Assembly (NCBI GenBank): GCA_900617105.1
Contig: UYFQ01000004.1
Location: 372,001-436,000, forward strand
Length of the DNA stretch: 64,000 nt
From: Hydrurus foetidus
Lineage: Eukaryota
Reading direction: 5' to 3'
Shown: positions 1 to 8,396 of the stretch, one piece after another
How positions within the stretch are numbered: the stretch's first letter is position 1
How the letters are laid out: each line of letters begins with the position of its first letter
Notes under the pieces: model-generated
What the model saw: only the letters and a program-made list of their open reading frames with translations
Told to the model about the DNA's origin: nothing
Database searches by the model: none
Made by a program: the position numbers and the translations under genes

Positions 1-1599
1 AAGTTCTGCGTTCAGCGCCACCCGGTCAAACACCTCGCCGGTATCGGTGTCGCGGTACTCATTGTCTTGAATCCAGTAGTCGGCGTAGGTGACGTAGCGG
101 TCAAAAATGTTTTGCCCGTATTCGCTGTAACTCTCTAAATACGCCGTCTGGATTTCTTTGCCAATGAACTCGGCGTAGCGCGGCGCGAGGTACTCTTTGA
201 TGAAGCCGGTGTACTTGGTTTCAAGCTCTTGCGAGAACTGCTCACGCTCAATTTGCTGCTCCAAGACGTACATCAAATGCACCGGGTTGGCCGCCACTTC
301 GGAGCTGTCAAAGTTGAAGACTTTGGAGAGGATTTTGAAGGCAAACCGCGTCGAAACACCGCTCATGCCTTCGTCCACGCCAGCGTAATCGCGGTACTCC
401 TGGAAGCTCTTGGCGCGAGGGTCGGTGTCTTTCAAACTCTCGCCATCGTAGACCTGCATTTTACTTTGCAGGCTGGAGTTTTCAGGCTCTTTCAGTCGCG
501 TCAAAATCGAGAACTGGGCCATCATTTTGAAAGTGCCGGGCGCGCATTTTGCCGCACCGAGGGACGAATCGCGGATCAGCTTTTCATAGATTTTGGTTTC
601 TTCGCTCACCCGCAAACAGTACGGTACTTTAACGATGTAGATGCGGTCTAAAAAGGCCTCGTTATTTTTATTGTTGCGAAAGGTTTTCCACTCGCTCTCG
701 TTACTGTGGGCCAGCACCACGCCATCAAAAGGTATAGCACCAAAACCTTCTGTACCCTTGTAGTTACCCTCTTGCGTGGCCGTCAAAAGCGGGTGCAGCA
801 CCTTGATGGGGGCTTTGAACATTTCCACGAATTCCAGCATTCCCTGGTTGGCCAGGCACAGGCCACCTGAGTAGCTGTAGGCATCGGTGTCGTCTTGCGA
901 AAAGTTCTCTAGTTTGCGGATGTCCACCTTACCCACCAGCGAGCTGATGTCTTGGTTGTTTTCATCGCCCGGCTCGGTCTTGGCGATGCCGATTTGCTTG
1001 AGCGTGTTGGGGTAACGCTTGACGATTTTGAACTGGCGAATGTCGCCCCCAAACTCATCGAGCCGCTTCACCGCCCAGGGCGACAAAATACGTTGCAGGT
1101 AGCGGCGGGGGATGCCGTAGTTTTCGTGCAAGATGGGCCCGTCTTCAACCGCATCAAACAGTGCCAGCGGGGTCTCATTCACCGGCGAACCTTTGATGGC
1201 GTAGAACGGCACTTGCTGCATCAGGTGCTTCAGGCGCTCAGCGATGGAGCTTTTGCCTCCGCCCACTGGCCCGAGTAAATACAAGATTTGCTTGCGCTCT
1301 TCCAGCCCCTGCGCGGCGTGGCGGAAGTAGCTGACGACCTGCTCTATCGCGTCTTCCATGCCGTAGAACTCGGCAAAGGCGGGGTAGCGTTTGATGACCT
1401 TGTTGGCGAACAGGCGCGAGAGGCGCGGGTCATTGCGGGTATCGAGCAACTCCGGCTCGCCAATGGCGCTGAGCATGCGCTCGGCGGCGGTGGCGTAGGC
1501 CAGCGGATTGCGTTTGCACTCCGCGAGGTACTCGTCGATGGAGAGTTCTTCTTCGCGGCTGCGGGCATACCGAGCGACGAAATTGCCAATTGCATCCAT
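1..1599 (-). CDS. prkA: PrkA/YeaG family serine protein kinase (AAA+), 3' end runs off the window
   Basis: Not in the ORF track because it is open at the edge. Manual translation from the ATG at 1599 (AGGAGG RBS upstream) gives MDAIGNFVARYARSREEELS...LYLLGPVGGGKSS (Walker A)...KTEPGDENNQDISSLVGKVDIRKLE...EFVEMFKAPIKVLHPLLTATQEGNY, which are PrkA/YeaG signatures. Confidence 0.93.
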   Translation of the reverse strand, partial: MDAIGNFVARYARSREEELSIDEYLAECKRNPLAYATAAERMLSAIGEPELLDTRNDPRLSRLFANKVIKRYPAFAEFYGMEDAIEQVVSYFRHAAQGLEERKQILYLLGPVGGGKSSIAERLKHLMQQVPFYAIKGSPVNETPLALFDAVEDGPILHENYGIPRRYLQRILSPWAVKRLDEFGGDIRQFKIVKRYPNTLKQIGIAKTEPGDENNQDISSLVGKVDIRKLENFSQDDTDAYSYSGGLCLANQGMLEFVEMFKAPIKVLHPLLTATQEGNYKGTEGFGAIPFDGVVLAHSNESEWKTFRNNKNNEAFLDRIYIVKVPYCLRVSEETKIYEKLIRDSSLGAAKCAPGTFKMMAQFSILTRLKEPENSSLQSKMQVYDGESLKDTDPRAKSFQEYRDYAGVDEGMSGVSTRFAFKILSKVFNFDSSEVAANPVHLMYVLEQQIEREQFSQELETKYTGFIKEYLAPRYAEFIGKEIQTAYLESYSEYGQNIFDRYVTYADYWIQDNEYRDTDTGEVFDRVALNAEL

Positions 1600-1911
1600 A
1601 GGGCCTCCTGCTTCAGTTCAGCCGCATCCGGGATAGGGTGCTGCTGTGGTGGGTTAGGGTCAGATTGCTGCTTACAAGTTCATTTAATCACTAAACCCAA
1701 TACCCTACACGCTGGTCTGGTCGATCAATATAAAACCACTATCGGAACCACCAATTTCCCCCAACTACTACAAGACCTACGGAACCTGTGTCAGACTTGA
1801 ACGCCCCCATGAATTGTCTGGCCAATGGGCAGGGGAAACATCTACTGGTTCACGGGGTACAGACGCGCACAAGCGCTTGCATCAACACGCTTAAGAAGCA
1901 CCTTTTTTCCT

Positions 1912-3696
1912 ATGACCTTACTCACCCGCCTCGCCGCCTGCACACGCACGATCAACACCCAGACACGCAAAATTACAGCCCTGACGCGGCCCTACTTTCA
2001 ATCGAACGAAAAATGGAAGGCACGCGCCCTGCTTGTTGCTATCGTGATCCTGAATCTGAGTTTGGTTTACATGCTGGTGCTGTTGAACGACTGGAACCGC
2101 ACTTTTTACGACGCACTGCAAAACAAAGACCAACCCGTTTTCTGGAGCCAACTCGGTCGGTTTGGTTGGATAGCTACAGGATTTATCGCCGTGTCGGTGT
2201 ACAAGTTTTACCTGACGCAGATGCTGGAAATGCGCTGGCGGCGATGGATGACCAGCGCTTACCTGCGCCGCTGGCTGTCGGGCCATTCGTTTTACCAACT
2301 CGAATTAGCCCAGTTTGGACAAGCATCTGCTGACAACCCCGACCAGCGCATTCAAGAAGATGTGAATCAATTCACCAGCTACACCGTGTCCCTCTCGATG
2401 GGCCTGCTGAACGCGGTGGTAACGCTGGTGTCGTTCATCGGGATTTTGTGGTCGCTGTCGGGCAGCTTTGGTTTCTCATTCGATGACAAGCACTACACCA
2501 TACCGGGCTTCATGGTGTGGATGGCGCTGCTGTACTGCTTGGTAGGCAGTGCGGTCGCACATGCCATTGGCCGTCCGTTAGTTGCTTTGAATTTCCAGCA
2601 ACAGCGCTTGGAGGCCGACTTTCGACACCACCTGGTGCGGGTACGCGAGTACAGCGAATCCATCGCTCTGGACAAAGGTGGCCCGGTAGAGCAAACCTTG
2701 CTGGAGGCTCGTTTCGGCAACGTACTTGCCAACTACTGGAAGCTGCTAAGCACACAAAAGAACCTGCTGTGGTTCACGACCAGCTTTGCCCAAGTGGCAT
2801 CCGTGTTCCCTCTGGTGATGGCCGCACCGCGATTTTTTGCCGGAAAAATCCAGTTCGGTGAACTCATGCAAGTGACATCTGCGTTTGGCCGGGTGCAAGA
2901 CTCTCTGTCTTGGTTTGTAGACAACTACGACCGCTTGGCAGCTTGGAGCGCCACTGCCGACCGCTTGACCAGTTTTGAGGCCAGTTTTGCGGCATTTGAA
3001 GCACTAACGCCAACCACCGCGCCCACGACACCACAGCCGACCCAAGACGAGCTGACCATCACCGGTTTAGATGTGCAGTTAGCGAACGGACACACGCTCT
3101 TCACCGTCCCCCATCTGACGCTGCATCCCGGAGACAGTGTGCTGCTGTCCGGCCCCTCGGGCAGTGGTAAATCCACGCTGCTGCGCGCTATAGCGGGCAT
3201 TTGGCCTTGGGGTAAAGGTAGCGGCAACATTCACCGCCCAGCAGATTTTGACGACAACGCCATGTTCTTACCCCAGCGACCCTACCTACCCCAAGGCCCC
3301 TTGCGCGATGCCCTAGCCTACCCCGAACCCGTCAGCAGCTACAGCGACGATGCCTTGCAACAAGCTTTGCGCGACGCACTGCTGCCAGATTTGGTCAATC
3401 AATTGCACGAAGAAGCGGCTTGGAACTTGCGATTGTCTGGTGGCGAACAACAACGCTTGGCCATTGCAAGGGTGCTACTGAAGAAACCACGCTGGCTGTT
3501 TGCCGATGAAGCGACCAGCGCATTGGACGAAGCCGCAGAGGCTATTTTGTACAAAAGATTGCTCATAGCTGCCAGACATAGCGATGGCGCTATCGTTTCG
3601 ATTGCACATCGTACGTCTGTGGCAGCTTTTCACGAACGTCACTGGACGCTGAAAACAGCAAAGATAAACGAGAACCGTCAGCTGTTAGAAGACTGA
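1912..3696 (+). CDS. Fused ABC transporter permease/ATP-binding protein (YddA/BacA-like, ABCD type)
   Basis: DNPDQRIQED motif, EADFR EAA-like motif, Walker A GPSGSGKS, signature LSGGEQQR and Walker B DEATSALD. The ATG at 1912 is preferred over 1825. Confidence 0.88.
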   Translation: MTLLTRLAACTRTINTQTRKITALTRPYFQSNEKWKARALLVAIVILNLSLVYMLVLLNDWNRTFYDALQNKDQPVFWSQLGRFGWIATGFIAVSVYKFYLTQMLEMRWRRWMTSAYLRRWLSGHSFYQLELAQFGQASADNPDQRIQEDVNQFTSYTVSLSMGLLNAVVTLVSFIGILWSLSGSFGFSFDDKHYTIPGFMVWMALLYCLVGSAVAHAIGRPLVALNFQQQRLEADFRHHLVRVREYSESIALDKGGPVEQTLLEARFGNVLANYWKLLSTQKNLLWFTTSFAQVASVFPLVMAAPRFFAGKIQFGELMQVTSAFGRVQDSLSWFVDNYDRLAAWSATADRLTSFEASFAAFEALTPTTAPTTPQPTQDELTITGLDVQLANGHTLFTVPHLTLHPGDSVLLSGPSGSGKSTLLRAIAGIWPWGKGSGNIHRPADFDDNAMFLPQRPYLPQGPLRDALAYPEPVSSYSDDALQQALRDALLPDLVNQLHEEAAWNLRLSGGEQQRLAIARVLLKKPRWLFADEATSALDEAAEAILYKRLLIAARHSDGAIVSIAHRTSVAAFHERHWTLKTAKINENRQLLED

Positions 3697-4397
3697 GGGC
3701 TGCGACTGACGGCGTTGGCCGTGTAGGTGGAAGCCACCACAGACCCTGCTTTGGCGGGGGCTGCACTGCGTGTTTTGCTTGATGTTGATGCAGCGTCCAC
3801 CACCGAACCACTGGCCGCCCACACCGAATGCACCAAATCGAGCAGCATTTTAGAAATCGGCTCTTTGGGTGGCTCATTTTTAGCCTGCTCAGCCGCCAAA
3901 TGCTGGGCCGCATCGGCGGCCTGCTCTGCTGCAATGGAAGCCACCGTAACCTTGGGCGACAGCGTGGTCGCAGCGGCAGAGGATGCAGAAGAAGGTAACG
4001 AGCCTGGCCCTTTACCACGCCCCTTTGCCCCCTGGATGTCACCGCTGGTGGAAGCCGTGCCCTGTGCATCGGCTGGGGAATCAGCAGACCCCGCTCTAGC
4101 GGATGTGGAAGATGATGCAAACAGATCTACGGTTGCGATTGAAGTGGCACCGGCAACCGTATGGATTGTGGCATCAGTATCTTGGGGCTTATCACTTGGC
4201 AGCACAGGCCGAGCTTGCGCCAAGCTGCCCCGCTGCACCGCCAACACAGGCAATTCCCGCCCACTGGAGAGCACAGGCGCAGCCGATTGCCCGGCCGTTT
4301 CGGACGTTACCGTTTGCAGCCTGCTGACAGCAGCCACACGAGCATCTGAGCCACTGGGGCGCCAGCTGCCAGACCTTTCAACAGGGGCAAGTTTCAT
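3678..4397 (-). CDS. Hypothetical Ser/Ala-rich protein with one ordered segment (EPPKEPISKMLLDLVHSVWAASG)
   Basis: 239-aa ORF with low-complexity arms and a sigma28-like promoter directly upstream. Confidence 0.6.
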   Translation of the reverse strand: MKLAPVERSGSWRPSGSDARVAAVSRLQTVTSETAGQSAAPVLSSGRELPVLAVQRGSLAQARPVLPSDKPQDTDATIHTVAGATSIATVDLFASSSTSARAGSADSPADAQGTASTSGDIQGAKGRGKGPGSLPSSASSAAATTLSPKVTVASIAAEQAADAAQHLAAEQAKNEPPKEPISKMLLDLVHSVWAASGSVVDAASTSSKTRSAAPAKAGSVVASTYTANAVSRSPQSSNS

Positions 4398-4453
4398 GAT
4401 GGGCCTCGAATATCGTAAGAGGCCTAAGCACGTTTCGTGGCCTCACGTTAGAT

Positions 4454-4480
4454 ATAACGGCACACTAAACAGAAAGTTAA
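4454..4480 (-). promoter_or_regulatory. Putative sigma28 (FliA) promoter
   Basis: The minus strand reads TTAA-N15-GCCGTTAT against the consensus TAAA-N15-GCCGATAA, about 57 nt upstream of the ATG at 4397. Confidence 0.6.
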
Positions 4481-4562
4481 GGTGTTTTTTTAAGCCTTTT
4501 GCTGACTTAAGTTTTGGCAGCAGCTGCCGAAGATCGGCTTCGACCCATTCACGTACTGCAAA

Positions 4563-4718
4563 TCAGTACGCGCGGCGATCCCATTCCCGCTCAAGGAACT
4601 CCAGATGTGCATGGGATGTGGCCTGACTCAAAAAGTGCTCATGCGCACTGATCTCTTGCGAGTTGTGCGCTTCTGATGACTTGAATACATCGAGAAGCAT
4701 GAAAAAAAGTGAAAACAT
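4563..4718 (-). CDS. Small protein (51 aa), DUF3563-like
   Basis: Manual translation gives MFSLFFMLLDVFKSSEAHNSQEISAHEHFLSQATSHAHLEFLEREWDRRAY*, with a GGAG RBS upstream. The FLSQATxxxxLEFLER pattern resembles DUF3563. Below the ORF-track cutoff. Confidence 0.6.
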   Translation of the reverse strand: MFSLFFMLLDVFKSSEAHNSQEISAHEHFLSQATSHAHLEFLEREWDRRAY

Positions 4719-4877
4719 GGGGACGCTCCGTATTAGGGTTTCTACTAATTCGAAGTGTAAAGGTAACGTCTGTTTGTTGCAAGGTGTGGTGCTAGAGGGG
4801 GGTGCCTAGGGCGGTTGCACCACGTACTTGCGTTTGGCACCAATGCGCTGCTATCGTCCACAAAGAACGGAAACGCT

Positions 4878-5138
4878 ATGAAAACCAAAGCTTCTAAACC
4901 CGCACTGGGGGCATCGGCATCGAAAATGGTCAGGTACAACATTGACCCATCGAAAATGCCCTCTCTCACGGCGCAACAAAAAACCGAGCTGGCGGCACTC
5001 AGAGACCGCCCAGAGAGTGAAATCGACTTCAGCGACATACCGCCGCTGACCGATGACTTTTGGAAGAATGCCATCCGCAACCCGTTTTACACACTAAAGT
5101 GGACCCCGGTTTCTGGACAAATTTCCAAGCAGGTTTAA
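4878..5138 (+). pseudogene. Truncated BrnA-family antitoxin, C-terminal DNA-binding part lost
   Basis: IDFSDIPPLTDDFWKNAIRNPFY is a typical BrnA N-terminal segment. Homology stops where the IS3-like end begins. The overlapping upstream frame KERKRYENQSF* looks like a BrnT C-terminus. Confidence 0.7.
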
Positions 5139-5230
5139 GCTGGACACAGTCGAAGGAAAGTGGGTTCCAAATGAGCGAAACAAAAAAGCGCAAGCTGCAC
5201 GGATCAGCCTTCAAGGCCAATGTGGCTGGA
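5095..5230 (+). mobile_element. IS3-family left-end remnant (IRL plus first codons of orfA)
   Basis: TAAAGTGGACCCCGGTTTCTGGACA resembles IS3-family terminal repeats (canonical TG start here TA). It is followed by an ATG at 5171 encoding MSETKKRKLHGSAFKANV, like the OrfA N-terminus, which then breaks off. Confidence 0.65.
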
Positions 5231-5265
5231 CCAGCTGTGGCTTATTGAATCACAAGGAAAACAAC

Positions 5266-5679
5266 ATGCTGTTAACAGATATCGCCGTCGAGCACACGCT
5301 GGTGCTCCAAAAGGGAGGACTTCGTGGGACGCTTTTGCTGCATCCCTTTACGAATACGCAACGAGATACTCTTGGTAAATTTGAGATCGTTCGTGGCATC
5401 CGTGAGCTAGGAGCTAAAGAAGTGAAACGCTCAACATTCGTGTCGTTTCAGCATTTGGCGGAGTTGTACGCGAAAGGTGTACTCGACGAATTCGGGTTTT
5501 CCGTTCGCATGTGCCCTGCTGATGGCAAGTACCCCACTACGACTCCCGCGAAAAAAATACTCCCAACCAGCATCAGACCTGGCTCACCTTTCGACCTGGC
5601 GGTTCAAGGCATAGATGTTTCAAAACCAGCTAACCGCGAATTGAGAACAGCGCTGCTTCGCACAAGCATAAAGCTTTAA
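5266..5679 (+). CDS. Hypothetical protein (137 aa) at the glmS-downstream (attTn7) position
   Basis: Clean ORF with an AAGGA RBS before the ATG at 5266. Composition is less GC-rich than the core genes. No motif recognised. Confidence 0.7.
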   Translation: MLLTDIAVEHTLVLQKGGLRGTLLLHPFTNTQRDTLGKFEIVRGIRELGAKEVKRSTFVSFQHLAELYAKGVLDEFGFSVRMCPADGKYPTTTPAKKILPTSIRPGSPFDLAVQGIDVSKPANRELRTALLRTSIKL

Positions 5680-5734
5680 GGCACCCAGTGAATCCATTTG
5701 TTGCCAACAACAGCTAGTCAGCTGACTGTGCCTG

Positions 5735-7642
5735 TTATTCGACCGTCACACTCTTCGCCAAGTTACGCGGCTTGTCCACGTCCGTGCCCCGTGCGCACGC
5801 TGTGTGGTACGCCAGCAATTGCAGCGGCACCACGTGCAGCAGCGGCGAGAGTGCGCCGTAGTGTTCGGGCATGCGGATCACGTGTACGCCTTCGTCGCTG
5901 GTGATGCGGGTATCGGCATCGGCCAGGACGTAGAGCACGCCGCCCCTTGCGCGTACCTCTTGCAGGTTGCTTTTGAGCTTTTCGAGCAGCGCGTCGTTCG
6001 GCGCGACGGTGACGACGGGCATGGCGCTGGTGACCAGGGCCAGCGGGCCGTGTTTGAGTTCACCGGCGGGGTAGGCTTCGGCGTGGATGTAGCTGATTTC
6101 TTTGAGCTTGAGTGCGCCTTCCATCGCGATGGGGTAGTGCAAGCCACGCCCCAAAAACAGTGCATTTTCTTTGGCGACAAAATCTTGTGACCACGAGATG
6201 ATTTGCGGCTCAAGCGCCAGCACGGCTTGCAGAGCGACGGGCAGGTGGCGCATGGCTTTGAGGTGTTTGGCTTCTTCTTCGTCGCTCAAACGGCCTTTGC
6301 TTTGCGCCAACGCGAGCGTCAACAAGAACAAACCGGCCAGTTGGGCGGTGAAGGCTTTGGTGGAGGCGACTCCGATTTCAACCCCGGCGCGGGTGATGTA
6401 GGCCAGTTTGCATTCGCGCACCATCGCGCTGGTAGCGACGTTGCAGATGGTGAGCGTGTGCGCCATGCCCAAGCTTTGCGCGTGGCGCAGCGCGGCCAGG
6501 GTGTCGGCGGTTTCGCCGGATTGGGTGATGGTGACGATCAGTGTGTTCGGGTTGGGCACCGAGTCACGGTAGCGGTATTCGCTGGCCACTTCGACCTGGG
6601 TGGGGATTTTGGCGATGCTTTCCAGCCAGTATTTGGCGACGCAGCCGCTGTAGTAGCTGGTGCCGCAGGCGAGGATCAGCACGTTGTCGATGGCTTTGAA
6701 GGTGGCGAATGCGCCTTCTCCGGGCTTGTGGTTGCCAGCGGCCTCGAACAACTCGGGCACGATGGCGGCCACGCCTTCTAGCGTGTCGGCGATGGCGCGG
6801 GGTTGCTCAAAAATCTCTTTTTGCATGTAGTGGCGGTAGGGGCCGAGTTCTGCCGCGCCGCTGTGGGCGGTGACGGTTTTGACCTCGCGTTGCACGGGCT
6901 TGAAGGCTTTATCCTCGATCCAGTATTTGCCCAACTGCATGTCCACCACGTCGCCTTCTTCGAGGTAGACGATTTGGTCGGTGACACCGGCCAGAGCCAT
7001 GGCGTCGCTGGCGAGGAAGTTCTCAGAATGGTCTTTGCCAACGCCCAAAATCAGCGGTGAACCGGCACGTGCGCCGATGACGCGGTGCGGCTCGTCTTTG
7101 GAAAGCACTGCAATCGCATACGCACCATGGAGCTGGGGCAGTGCGGCTTTGACGGCATCAAACAAATCGCCGGTGTAGAGCGAATCGACCAAATGGGCGA
7201 TGACTTCGGTGTCGGTTTGGCTGGTGAAGACGTAGCCCTTGGCCTGGAGAGCGGCACGCAGTTCGTCGTGGTTTTCGATGATGCCGTTGTGGACTAAAGC
7301 GATGCGTCCGGGGCGGGTCTCGGCGGCGGGTGCTGTTGGTGTTGCACCTGCGGCATCGACCGCCACCGGGCCATGGCTGAAATGGGGGTGGGCGTTATGA
7401 ACGGCAGGCACGCCGTGGGTGGCCCAGCGGGTGTGGGCGATGCCGGTTAAGCCGGTGATGTGGTCGGTGCTGACTTGCTCCAGCAACTCGGCCACGCGCG
7501 AGGTGCTGCGGGCACGCTTCAAGCCGCCATCGAAAACGGCCACGCCGCAAGAGTCATAGCCCCGGTATTCCAGCCGTTGCAGACCCTGCACCAGGATGGG
7601 AACGATGTTACGAAGAGAGACTGCGCCGACGATGCCACACAT
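5735..7642 (-). CDS. glmS: Glutamine-fructose-6-phosphate transaminase
   Basis: N-terminal MCGIVG (catalytic Cys), [24 protein letters not shown] and C-terminal [13 protein letters not shown]. Confidence 0.99.
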   Translation of the reverse strand: MCGIVGAVSLRNIVPILVQGLQRLEYRGYDSCGVAVFDGGLKRARSTSRVAELLEQVSTDHITGLTGIAHTRWATHGVPAVHNAHPHFSHGPVAVDAAGATPTAPAAETRPGRIALVHNGIIENHDELRAALQAKGYVFTSQTDTEVIAHLVDSLYTGDLFDAVKAALPQLHGAYAIAVLSKDEPHRVIGARAGSPLILGVGKDHSENFLASDAMALAGVTDQIVYLEEGDVVDMQLGKYWIEDKAFKPVQREVKTVTAHSGAAELGPYRHYMQKEIFEQPRAIADTLEGVAAIVPELFEAAGNHKPGEGAFATFKAIDNVLILACGTSYYSGCVAKYWLESIAKIPTQVEVASEYRYRDSVPNPNTLIVTITQSGETADTLAALRHAQSLGMAHTLTICNVATSAMVRECKLAYITRAGVEIGVASTKAFTAQLAGLFLLTLALAQSKGRLSDEEEAKHLKAMRHLPVALQAVLALEPQIISWSQDFVAKENALFLGRGLHYPIAMEGALKLKEISYIHAEAYPAGELKHGPLALVTSAMPVVTVAPNDALLEKLKSNLQEVRARGGVLYVLADADTRITSDEGVHVIRMPEHYGALSPLLHVVPLQLLAYHTACARGTDVDKPRNLAKSVTVE

Positions 7643-7824
7643 AAAAAGCTCCTTAGAAACTGATGAAACCGATGAAACGTACACAACTGACGGGCCGTGC
7701 TGTGACGGGATGAGCCTGACTGTAGGGCTGACGACATTTAATATGTAGTCAAATTTTTCTAATTTTTGAAATTAAATTTCTCACATCATTTACCATAGTG
7801 AATAATTTCAAATTTATATAAATA

Positions 7825-8325
7825 ATGGAATTTTTCAATCCAAATCAATTGGATGCCGTGGATGTGAAGCTGCTAAACCAGCTCCAGCATGATGCATCGC
7901 TCAGCAACCAAGCGCTCGCGGCCCTGGTGCATGTGTCGCCACCCACCTGTTTGCGGCGGGTCAAGCGCTTGCACGATGCGGGCTTGATTGAGCGGCAGAT
8001 TGCCATTTTGAACAGTGACCGGCTGGCTCCGCTGATCGGCCACGGACTGACGGCGATTGTGGAAATCACGCTCGACAGCCAAGGTGCCGCTCAGCAGCTG
8101 GCGTTTGAAGTCCGTGTAGCGGTAGACGATGCCGTGCAGCAGTGCTATCGCGTGGCATCGGGGCCGGATTTTGTGCTGATCGTGACCACCAGCGACATGC
8201 CTGCTTATCTGGCGCTGACGCAGCGGCTGTTCACCAGCGATGCGAACGTGCGCAACGTGAAGGCGTTCTTCAGCGTAAAAAGAGCTAAGTTTGAACCCAA
8301 AGTGCCATTACTACACAACACATAA
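7825..8325 (+). CDS. Lrp/AsnC family transcriptional regulator
   Basis: LDAVDVKLLNQLQHDASLSNQALAALVHVSPPTCLRRVKRL HTH plus a C-terminal RAM domain. Divergent from glmS. Confidence 0.93.
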   Translation: MEFFNPNQLDAVDVKLLNQLQHDASLSNQALAALVHVSPPTCLRRVKRLHDAGLIERQIAILNSDRLAPLIGHGLTAIVEITLDSQGAAQQLAFEVRVAVDDAVQQCYRVASGPDFVLIVTTSDMPAYLALTQRLFTSDANVRNVKAFFSVKRAKFEPKVPLLHNT

Positions 8326-8396
8326 GCACAGACAGCTATAAATACAGTAGCAAAAATCAAACCTGAGCAAAGCCCCAACCAAGCCTCGTCAAAACA

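Noticed and set aside
1800..1890. Possible riboswitch or sigma54 promoter between prkA and the ABC gene
   Set aside because: There is only a weak inverted repeat (CCCCATGAA/TTCACGGGG). The GG-N10-GC spacing is not met and no riboswitch consensus is recognisable.
3727..4626. 299-aa plus-strand ORF
   Set aside because: It is the shadow of the minus-strand Ser/Ala-rich gene, which has the ATG and the sigma28-like promoter.
7643..7824. glmS ribozyme in the glmS leader
   Set aside because: No recognisable ribozyme core. The leader is short and mostly AT-rich promoter DNA.
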